Both the position numbers and the translations under genes were made by a program. This document shows positions 48,816-58,000 of a stretch of 64,000 nt of DNA, piece after piece (the first letter of the stretch is position 1; every line of letters starts with the position of its first letter). The DNA lies in the NCBI GenBank assembly GCA_963817915.1, contig CAWFQL010000009.1, positions 256,001 through 320,000 on the forward strand. Direction: 5' to 3'. The stretch is from an uncultured candidate division Zixibacteria bacterium (GTDB taxonomy: Bacteria > Zixibacteria > MSB-5A5 > UBA10806). A model generated the notes under the pieces. The model saw nothing but the letters and a program-made list of their open reading frames with translations. It was not told the DNA's origin and made no database searches.

Positions 48816-49754
48816 TTATAGCATCCCACGCTGATGGTAATGCTTTATCGTCTCCGCAATACCCATTTCATAAGATGTTGGTTTGAAGCTGAAATGATTT
48901 TCGAATTTTGATGAGTCGAATTGATAATCGTATTCGTATTGATAGAGCATTTCGTACATCTCGCGAATATTACTGTTGAAATACCCGACCATTTTAATCA
49001 TAAATTTGCTCAGAACTGTCGATTTTGCCTTAACGTCCAATTTTGATGCCACTATTTTAACGAACTCCTCCCCTGTTATCGCGGGGCCTGCCGTCGGCAA
49101 GTGCCAGACCTGGTTCATGGCGCTATCGTCGGTAGCCAGCAGATGCAATGCGCTGCCGCAATCGCCAGTGTATGTGTAGGAATGCTTTGTCTTCAAATTT
49201 ACAAGCCACTGGGCTCTCTTGCCATGCGCCAGTTTATCCATTATCAGAATATAAGGTACCCCGGTCTTTTCGGTATAAGGGCCATAGAAATCGGCAGATC
49301 TGGCAATCGCGGCGGTGATATTTTTCGCTTTGATTTCCGATAGCAGTGATTCGGCGATTTTAGCCCTGATCTCCCCTTTTTTGCTGGTTGGATTTATTGG
49401 AGTATTTTCGGTCATCGGGCCATCGACCTTGCCGTACATATAAACATTATCGAAAAATATAAGCCGGGCGTGTCTGGCTTTGCAGGCATCGATTGTATTT
49501 TTCATGATTTTAGGCCATTGTTCCTGCCAGATCGATGTAACGTACGAAAGCCCAGCGAGTAAATATACTGTCGATGATTCCTCAACCGCTTGAAAGACGT
49601 CATCATATTTGGTCAAATCCGCCTTCGCTGCCTGCGCCCGGAATTGCGTTTCGCCATGACGTGACACTAATTTCAAGTCCGCCTTTTTTGGTATAAGCTC
49701 TTCGGCGAGAATATTTCCAATCGCGCCACCTGCGCCAAGTATAATATGCTTCAT
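48816..49754 (-). CDS. NAD-dependent epimerase/dehydratase-family (atypical SDR) protein
   Basis: ILGAGGAIG, FFDNVYMYG, SKKGEIR, RSADFYGP. Confidence 0.9.
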   Translation of the reverse strand: MKHIILGAGGAIGNILAEELIPKKADLKLVSRHGETQFRAQAAKADLTKYDDVFQAVEESSTVYLLAGLSYVTSIWQEQWPKIMKNTIDACKARHARLIFFDNVYMYGKVDGPMTENTPINPTSKKGEIRAKIAESLLSEIKAKNITAAIARSADFYGPYTEKTGVPYILIMDKLAHGKRAQWLVNLKTKHSYTYTGDCGSALHLLATDDSAMNQVWHLPTAGPAITGEEFVKIVASKLDVKAKSTVLSKFMIKMVGYFNSNIREMYEMLYQYEYDYQFDSSKFENHFSFKPTSYEMGIAETIKHYHQRGML

Positions 49755-49787
49755 ATTCCCCTGCCCTTCCTCTAAATCAAATTCAAC

Positions 49788-51195
49788 TTATCTCATCATT
49801 TCATACATCGGGTCCCAGGGCGGCAGGACTATGGGCGGCTGCTCGTAGATTTTCAGAATATCTTTGGGCACATATTCCTTTTTGGCAATCAGCCCGTATA
49901 CATGGTTGTCGAACCAGGAATCGTATAATGTCCAGTATCCGCCCGAACCTCTCTCCGTACCCCAGCTATTTTCAACCAGCCATTTGACCGGCTTATTATC
50001 TTTAACATCCACTCCCACGAATACCATGGCATGATTGGGAGCGCTTTCACGGAAAAGGGCGCGGTTGGCCTTGGTCATATCGAGGTCTGTATCATAAATC
50101 GAACCGTAATCGTAAATATTCATGGCCATGATGCCATGCTCGCCTTCCTGATCTTTTCCTACATCGCAGGCGAACCATAAAGGATCATCTTTCAGAACCG
50201 AATTCATGGCGATCTGCTTTAGTACCTCGATATCTGCCGTAACATAGTCGACGTCATTGCCATCGAAAATATTTCTCGAAAGGCTCATCTGGTAATGCTT
50301 GCCCATTTCTTTCGATTGATCGTTGAAGATATCTACGTAATCGTTTAGATCGACTGCCACATAATCCTTAAAGAAACTGACGGGTGTATAAGTCTTCGTG
50401 TCGGCCAGAGACGAATCTGTTTTCTCATAGCGCCATTGGAATTCTGATCGGTGGCTCGCCAAGATTATAGACAAGCATCTTGTAGATTTCGTCGAGCATG
50501 ATTTTTTTATTAGAGCGGATTTCGTCGACTGAATTCCCCTGCTTGGCCAGGTCGCGAATTTTCACGGCATCGATTCGTAATTTGCGGGCCAACATATTAT
50601 TCATCCTGCCGGTTTGTCCTGAGCTATTGGTCTCGGGCATTACTTCCTTGGGGACTACGCCATATTTGTTTATTAGAGCCACGACATATTCCCACCAGCC
50701 GCCGTCGCCGATCGGCTCGCGAAGCAGGATTTCCATTTCACGGTCGAGCGGGTCGCGGTCGCGGAAATCGATCATATGCTCGAGAAAGCAATTGGCCTTT
50801 TCCATTTTATCCCAGAATGCCAGATAGTTCTGTGAAAATTCGAAACTGCCGAGCTTATATTTTGCAATTACCACCGGTCGCATGATATTCAATCCAGCGA
50901 AAAGCCAGCATCGGCCGCTGGATTTTTGATTGGTTATGCCTTTGGTTTTGATTTTATGGCTGAAAAGCTGGTTATTTTTATTCAAGAGATCATGGTTTAA
51001 GGCCAGCTTGTCGATGTCATTGTTGGTGATGGCATTATAGATCGCGCGCGATTGGGTGTCCATCTTGAATGACCCGCGAATCTGCGCGATAAGGTCGGGG
51101 GTTAAGGATCCATTATCGGCATATACAATATCTCCGACAACGAAGAATATCGATAGCACGAAAATTATTGATCTAAGATATGCCCTTGGAATCAT
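49788..51195 (-). CDS. pepC: Aminopeptidase C / bleomycin hydrolase (C1B) with signal peptide, frameshifted near 50448
   Basis: NQKSSGRCWLFA in 50425..51195; NHAM and VENSWG in 49788..50474. Removing one base restores LGEPPSEFQWRY. Confidence 0.9.
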
Positions 51196-51339
51196 TTATC
51201 CTCCAGTCAAAAATTAATTTCGATATTAATAATCGCAAATATGATATTAATGAGAAAATTGTTATTGATGATTCTTTTGTCATTTTTATTGCATTTTCAG
51301 AGAGAGTAAGAATCTCGCCGCATCACAAGAAAAATACAG

Positions 51340-51423
51340 CGGAGGGCGAGGGACTCGAACCCCCATGTCCTTGCGGACGGCAGATTTCAAGTCTGCTGGC
51401 TTACCAATTAGCACTAGCCCTCC
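51340..51423 (-). tRNA. tRNA-Ser(TGA)
   Basis: GGAGGGC acceptor, GCAGA-CTTGAAA-TCTGC, long variable arm, GGTTCGAGTCC, G73; no CCA. Confidence 0.95.
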
Positions 51424-51430
51424 GGACTGA

Positions 51431-51466
51431 CCGACATAAAATATGTCGGACAATTTGCGCGGTCAA
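51431..51466 (-). promoter_or_regulatory. tRNA-Ser promoter with an inverted repeat enclosing the -10 box
   Basis: Minus strand TTGACC-17-TATTTT; CCGACA-TATTTTA-TGTCGG. Confidence 0.65.
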
Positions 51467-51496
51467 GGAGTTTGATTGACAAAAAGGACGGGAGTT

Positions 51497-51650
51497 CGTA
51501 GGAAAAGGTTCCTGACGACGCACGCGTGTATTTAATAGGGGAAATGACCTACAATATGACGATGCGGGAGACGTTAGTCGTCGGGTGCGGAGACCCGACG
51601 ACACGCGGAACCTGTTTCTGCTATTAGGGGCAGTCGGGACGACTGCCGTC
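51497..51650. repeat. REP-like cluster
   Basis: Degenerate GTAGGAA..TTCCTGACGACGCA, family A GTCGTCGGGT-GCGGAG-ACCCGACGAC (51577-51602), GGCAGTCG-GGA-CGACTGCC (~51628). Confidence 0.75.
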
Positions 51651-51670
51651 CGGCAAAAAGCGATTTTCGC

Positions 51671-51704
51671 AAAAAAAATACCGGCGGCCAGGTCAAGCCG
51701 CCGA
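51671..51704 (-). terminator. Intrinsic terminator after the M14-CTD gene
   Basis: Minus strand CGGCGGC-TTGACCTG-GCCGCCG-GTATTTTTTTT. Confidence 0.75.
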
Positions 51705-51763
51705 TATAAGCTATACCAATTTCGGATAAGCAGGGGCTAAATCCGCTGGTTTTTTTTAGCTCA

Positions 51764-54034
51764 CTATTTCATTAATACCATCTTTTTGGTAATGGTATTT
51801 TCATCGGTCTTCAGACGATAAAAATAGACGCCTGTCCCGACCGACTTGCCCATCTGGTCTTTGCCGTCAAATACTACCTGATGAGGCCCTGCCTCCATCT
51901 CGGTATTGACCAGAGTGGTTACCTTACTGCCTAAAATATTATATACAGACAACTCAACGTTCATTTTCGCAGGCAGATTAAACGAAATTGTGGTCTGAGG
52001 GTTGAACGGGTTCGGATAATTTTGATTGAGTTGCAAAGTCAACGGCAATACGCCACGGTCATCAATACCAGTTATTTGTACCCGCGCGACCTGCCTATTG
52101 GATGATCCCGACCACTGCTGCTGAGCATCCATGGCACGCGCCTGATAATAGTAATCACCAGGAACACGACCGGTAATCTGATACTGCATGTCAGTTATAT
52201 TGGAGCTTAAAATCGTGCTATTGGTGAAATTTTCAACGGGATAGAAGTCATCGACATAGAACCCATCGAGTACTGTTCCGGCATCAGTGATATATCTCAT
52301 GCCCAGAAGTACAGACTGGCCAGCGTAGGACGCCAATGGGAATTTAGCCAAAACCCAGGCGTTCGAGAGTCCGGTAATACCGTTGCCCTGATTAAGGCCG
52401 TGAGGATTGGTATTCGTGGTTATATTACCCGCCAGATTAGTGAATGTTACTCCACCATCCGTGGATAGTTGTACATAAGCATAATCATAACCATCTTCGA
52501 TTCGGTACCATGCCCAGAATTGCAATGTGTCATTGGCGCCGACGGTAATCGGGTTTTTGAGAACACAATAGCCGTTATAATTGAAGCCCGTGCCGCCATA
52601 TAATCCGTAAGTCCCCGAATGATGATGCGTGGTTCTGCGAACAAAACCATGCAGATTCCAATCGTTGGTGTTATCGTCAAAATCATCGGTTAGTCTCTGG
52701 AATCCGGTCAATTCGGTTAATTCATAGGCGACGGCCGGATTCAATGTATCGCTATGAGTCCAGGAGACTGTGAATGAATCGGCATAAATATCACCAATCG
52801 GATTCAAATGCGGCGCGACTGGAGCATCGATGCCATATGGATTCTCGGCGATTTTCGCGAGATACATTAGAGCGCTGAGAGCGTGTCCCCAAAGTATCGG
52901 AATTCTTGATTGCGGCGCCCAAAAGCCATCGGTGTTATCGCCCATCTCCATTACGAAACCAAGCATCTTAGGCTTCTCAGTCTGTTCGCCATACTGCCAA
53001 TCAGTAGATTCGCCGTTTGTATTATAGAGAAGCTCCCAGGGAGTCCCCTGAGCATATCCGCTAAAAGCAGTGCAGGAATCGCCAATAATCGTAAATAACG
53101 GCTGATCTGGGGCATGGATATTCGCATATCCCCAGGGATAAAGGAAATAACCGCCGTACGTGTGGAAATTCATGATTACTTTAATATTGGGATGCGAGTT
53201 TATGAATTGTCTCATCGATTCGGTTTCGGACTCGGAAAATGCGGAAGCGCCGCGATAGGTCTCGTCGGATTGATATGGCGATGAACCATTATTGTCATAT
53301 CCCCACTCGTAACCCCAATTGCGGTTAAGATCGATTCCGTAGCCTCCGCGGCGATTTTTACGCCACATTCCGCCGCCACCGGGATTGGTCTGGCGATTAT
53401 ATTCATAACCATCAGGATTGACTATCGGCAAAATGTAGAATTCACGATTATTGACAAGGTGAGTCACGATTGAATCGCTACCATAGTTTTGGCAAAGATA
53501 ATTGATGAATCGAAGGCAATTTTCACCGCCCATGGGCTCTCTCGCGTGAATAAGACCGTTCACAAACATTCCCGGCTCATTCTCATTGCTATCGGGATTA
53601 TCCGAAATCTTCATCATCCAAAGCGCCCTGCCCTGAATAGTGGGCCCAATGGAATCCCTGGCAGTCGTAATATTGGGATAAGCGGCATGAAGCGAATCCA
53701 TATAGGCTAACGCTTCGGCATAGGTCTTATAACCGCCCATAGTCGCGCCAAGCGGGTTTCTCGATTGATAGAACGCGACCAAGTCGGCGTGGATAACCTT
53801 CGGATTGAGGCCGGCGGCAGACAGGCGGGCTAAATCGGTGTCATCGGCGATAATATCCGCTATGCCATCTTTGGAAACTGATGGCACGTCAAAATCGCCG
53901 GTACGAAGAAATTCTGCGGCGCCCTTAATGCTCAAATCGACCTGAACAAGCATTGGCCGCTCATGAGTAGCCGCAATCAGTGTTGTCGCCGCTATCATCA
54001 TTATTGCACATGTAAACCAGAATAACTTTTTCAT
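51764..54034 (-). CDS. Secreted M14 carboxypeptidase T-like enzyme, with a jelly-roll (immune inhibitor A/MAM-like) insert and a T9SS-type-A/FlgD-Ig-like CTD
   Basis: IHAREP, NPDGY, WRKNR, GIDLNRN, FHTYG, MEMG; YRIEDGYDYAYVQLSTDGG; QNYPNPFNP...YFYRL...KKMVLMK. Start MKKLFW at 54034. Confidence 0.92.
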   Translation of the reverse strand: MKKLFWFTCAIMMIAATTLIAATHERPMLVQVDLSIKGAAEFLRTGDFDVPSVSKDGIADIIADDTDLARLSAAGLNPKVIHADLVAFYQSRNPLGATMGGYKTYAEALAYMDSLHAAYPNITTARDSIGPTIQGRALWMMKISDNPDSNENEPGMFVNGLIHAREPMGGENCLRFINYLCQNYGSDSIVTHLVNNREFYILPIVNPDGYEYNRQTNPGGGGMWRKNRRGGYGIDLNRNWGYEWGYDNNGSSPYQSDETYRGASAFSESETESMRQFINSHPNIKVIMNFHTYGGYFLYPWGYANIHAPDQPLFTIIGDSCTAFSGYAQGTPWELLYNTNGESTDWQYGEQTEKPKMLGFVMEMGDNTDGFWAPQSRIPILWGHALSALMYLAKIAENPYGIDAPVAPHLNPIGDIYADSFTVSWTHSDTLNPAVAYELTELTGFQRLTDDFDDNTNDWNLHGFVRRTTHHHSGTYGLYGGTGFNYNGYCVLKNPITVGANDTLQFWAWYRIEDGYDYAYVQLSTDGGVTFTNLAGNITTNTNPHGLNQGNGITGLSNAWVLAKFPLASYAGQSVLLGMRYITDAGTVLDGFYVDDFYPVENFTNSTILSSNITDMQYQITGRVPGDYYYQARAMDAQQQWSGSSNRQVARVQITGIDDRGVLPLTLQLNQNYPNPFNPQTTISFNLPAKMNVELSVYNILGSKVTTLVNTEMEAGPHQVVFDGKDQMGKSVGTGVYFYRLKTDENTITKKMVLMK

Positions 54035-54147
54035 TAAAAATCTCCTTTTAAACACTAAAACAGATAACTTTGGCCATTCGTTCCGAAATATCTCATTAAT
54101 CTATAATAAATCCAATTGATCATTCTGTCAAATCACCTTTTATAGAA

Positions 54148-54179
54148 ATTGGGGTTGGCAATAATGTCAACCCCAATTC
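54148..54179. terminator. Hairpin terminator after the RNase H-like gene
   Basis: AATTGGGGTTGGCA-ATAA-TGTCAACCCCAATT. Confidence 0.65.
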
Positions 54180-54209
54180 CACCCTTATCATAGCTGAGAA
54201 CTTTACTAT

Positions 54210-54587
54210 TTAAGCAGCAAGGCCATCTTGAGCCAGATTCTCATTAATTGGAATCCAATTTAGAGTAAATGGTATTTTTCTTTTGTACCCGACTGCCATG
54301 TTTAAATACGGTTCCAGACCTTTGGGCGCTTTGAGTCCCTTATTTACCTGGCTAATAATCTTATAGTCGTTACCAAAAACTTCAATTCGTTTATTCTTAA
54401 AGAGATGGGGATTGAGTTCTACGAATTCAAGGAGAGCCAAGAGGCTGGCATATTCACATTCGTCCTGAGTGCCATTAAACTGGGCCCTGAAAGTGATACC
54501 GATGTCGGGAATGGCAAAGGTCACAAGACTATTATATCCCGCTAAACCGTTGTCATCTCTTTTTCGCCCGTGATAGAAGCATTTCAT
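54210..54587 (-). CDS. RNase HI-fold (RVT_3-like) protein with degenerate catalytic residues
   Basis: CFYHG (D>H), ECEYASLLALL, IEVFGND...ISQVN, L.PYL, WIPINENLAQD match the RNase HI pattern; AAAGGAGG SD before ATG 54587. Confidence 0.7.
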   Translation of the reverse strand: MKCFYHGRKRDDNGLAGYNSLVTFAIPDIGITFRAQFNGTQDECEYASLLALLEFVELNPHLFKNKRIEVFGNDYKIISQVNKGLKAPKGLEPYLNMAVGYKRKIPFTLNWIPINENLAQDGLAA

Positions 54588-54628
54588 TTTAAGGCCTCCT
54601 TTTGTTGTCTCCGTCCACAAGCATTTTC

Positions 54629-54644
54629 AGCAAATGCCGTGCCT
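54629..54644 (-). promoter_or_regulatory. Sigma54 -24/-12 promoter
   Basis: Minus strand AGGCACGGCATTTGCT (GG-N10-GC); imperfect palindrome TGCTTCA-N7-TGCAGCA at 54797-54817 upstream. Confidence 0.8.
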
Positions 54645-55004
54645 GCTTTACATTGGCCTTACAAGCCCCTCCTTTTCGACCAATATTGACGTCCTAATCC
54701 ATTGTCTATCTTATTCTTACAAATCTAAATTTCCCAATAGCCCATAGCCTTCCTTACTAATAAATATTGAGACAATAATTGTGCATTGCAGAGGGGTGCT
54801 TCACTCGAAATGCAGCAAATGGTAAATATAGTGCATAAGTACTTTTAGATTCAAATTGTTGGTTCACAGGTTTCAAACTACTACCCATTTACTATAATAT
54901 ACAAAAATTATCAGTAATAATTCCTATCTATTTTAAAAATATATAGATAATCCCCTCCTCAATTTTATCTATAAGCGGTCTCATAAGGAATAATGAGTGA
55001 TTCC

Positions 55005-55043
55005 AAAAAACATAGCCCCCGCTCGAATTTGAGCGGGGGCTAT
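55005..55043 (-). terminator. Intrinsic terminator after the giant S8 gene
   Basis: ATAGCCCCCGCTC-AAATTC-GAGCGGGGGCTAT-GTTTTTT. Confidence 0.9.
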
Positions 55044-55067
55044 TGGCGTAGGTGTTAAGAAACGATG

Positions 55068-58000
55068 CTACTTCAGCATCATCATTTTCTTAGTAAAGGT
55101 TTTTCCGCCTGCATTGAGTTTGTAGAAGTACATACCCGAAGCGACACCTGAACCAGTTTCATCGGTGCCATTCCAAATAATCGATTGATATCCGGCATTC
55201 ATTGGGCCATTGGCGAGAGTTTTCACTTTCTGACCAAGGACGTTGAATATTTCCAGAGTAACAGCCGAATTAGTCGGTAAAGCAAACCGAATTTCTGTGG
55301 ACGGGTTGAACGGGTTAGGATAGTTCTGTGAGAGAGCGAATTCAGTTGGCAACATGGTAGGCTTATCATCGATGCCAGTAGGACCGACACGGAATATCAC
55401 CGGTACTGTGATCTGAGCAACCTGGTGGTTGGCATCAGTTCCTGTTACCAGCAATGAGCCGTTGTAGGTACCTATCTCGAGGAATGACGCGTCGAATGAA
55501 ATGGTGCTATTAGTATTCTGGCCGTAATTAACAGTTCCCGATGCGGGATCAGCCGCTAGCCAGCCAGCAGTAAATCTAACCGCCAACTCGCTATGAACGT
55601 AGGTCTGATCGTAGGCAACCTGCAATCCAATAGAACCATCACCATTCTGGATACCAATCGTGTTGCTATCATCCGGATAGCCGATATCCATATAGTTGAA
55701 TGTGATCGCGCCGCTCGATGAAAGAACAATCTGGAATGAATAAGGTCCACCGCTGCTGTAATGAGGCACATTAATGTAGGAGATAACCAACTGAGAACCA
55801 TCGGTGTAGTAGTATGATTCACCGCCGGCAGAGAAATTAAGATCATCCCAGAACGGGGCGAGCATATTTTCCGGCGCTGATGGATCCGGTAAAGGACCAT
55901 TAAAGTATACTGTACCATTGTTAGTGAATGATATCCAACCGTTGGAGCAGGCATAGAATTGACTGAACGTGCTTCCATAGTACGGGAATTCGAAACCGAT
56001 ATCCATCGGTCCCATACTCTGATCGTCTCCGCTTAGACCTATTGGTGTGCCTTCATTCTGGATATCAATCCAGTTATAAGTCGGTCCACCTGGTTCGTCT
56101 GAATCAATCCATAGATACCCGAATGAATCCGGGCCGCCGCGTCCAAGGGTCATCGGAGGATGTGTAGGCTGGCTTTGATCCTGCGATTTATCATAGGTTG
56201 TATTGTTGGAATGCGGTACTGCCTGGAACGACCATGTCGGACTCCAATCGCGCGCATTACGCACCCTGTTGGTATTGGCTACAATCGAGTAATTGATAGC
56301 CAGGCCGCCGGGGTTGGAGATATTCAAAGGTCTGGTAACTATCTGGCCAACGCCTCCACCAACATCAAACGATGTGGGATTAAGTATCATTCTGCCGCCG
56401 AGTCTCGGAGTGCCGGATACTTCATTTGATCCAGGCGATTCTTCTACTGGCGGATTGTTGTAAACCGCTGTCACTTTATAGTAATAGGTTGTACCATTTA
56501 CTACCGCGGAATCATTGTAAGCATTGCCCAGAACATAAGAGGAATTGATTTTATTCGCCGGGGTAATGACTACGTTAGGAGTAGTCTGACGATAGACGTT
56601 GTATCCCAGCAATTCCTCTGTATCCAGCGGACGAGGATTATCGCCGCCGGAATTGGACATAGTGAGCATCGGAGCAGTTTTGCTGCTCAGAGGCACTACC
56701 ACTGATGTGGCTTTTTCATTGATCGGCAATGTAGTCTTCCTTGCCAACTCCGGAGTCGGAGCCTTCTCGGAAAGGGTGAGGCTTCTGCCGTTATCAACGA
56801 TTGTGACCCTGATCATCTGGTCGCCAGAATAAGTATCCTGCTGTCCCCAGATGCCGCCGACAAATGCCCATTTGTTCTCAGGGAAATCGGTAAATGCATC
56901 GAGGCCGATACCTTCTTCACCGCCACCGGCTATATTCTGGAAACCAACCCAGAAATTAGGTCCGTTGACAATCAAGCCGCCCTCGATCGGGGCCATAATG
57001 GTCTGACCAATTTCACCGGTAACTTCAGCATAGTATACCATGTCGCCGGGCTGACCAGAACCGTCGTCATCGAATACTGAAACTCCGATCGGATCCGCTG
57101 TTCCATCCGGCCATGGCCAATAGGCATCGCCTTCAGTAAGAGTATGAATCCAGAGAGTATCGATTTCAATAGGTGAATTGGCTGAGAAGCTATTAGCTAT
57201 GATAGCATCATAAGCATAATAGTAGTATGCATTGACCAATACACCGTCGTCATAGACGATAGTTCTTGTCGGACGCATACCTGGAGCGGCCCAATGTAAT
57301 GGAACACAACCTTCCTGATCGTTTGTGGCTCTCAGGTTGGTCGGAGGCAGATTTCCAACTGATACGAAAACCTGGTTGGAGTATGCCGATTCCATCGCAG
57401 GATTGCCGTTATCGACAGCCGTAACGACTATTCCATAAGTGCCATCCTGGCCGACTGGAATATTAATAGTAGCGGCTGGTGAAGTGCTTGTACCAGCGAG
57501 AACGTAGGAACCGCCCGGAACAAGCTTCTTCCAAATGTTGTAGTGATTGAAATCGCCCATCTGATTCGTGAACGTCCAGGTCAGATTAACATTACGACCA
57601 TTAACGACTGCGGCTAAATCTGCAGGCGGTTCAGGCGAATGGTTGGCCGGTGTAGCATTGGCTTCGTTGGAGGCCGGTGATGCTACAGAGTCTGACCATG
57701 TCGCTGTCATGGCATAATAATAAGTCGTACCATTGACGATTCCTGCGTGGTCAGTATAACGAGTATCCGCGCCAGGAATACCGGAAGTAATCAAGTGAGC
57801 GTTATCCAGCGGTACAGGCGAAGAAAGCGCACGGTATAGATTGTAGTGAGCGGGAGCAAATCCTTCCGGACCTGTTCCTATCCTGATGGCCATTTCGCTA
57901 TGGAGATAGTCGGCGTCAGCAACAACCTGCAATCCGATTGATCCATCACCATTCTGGATACCTACTGTGCAGCTATTTGTCGGCACGCCCAAATTTTCGT

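Noticed and set aside
51340..51423. Selenocysteine or suppressor tRNA
   Set aside because: The anticodon is TGA (reads UCA, Ser), not TCA; the acceptor stem is a normal 7 bp.
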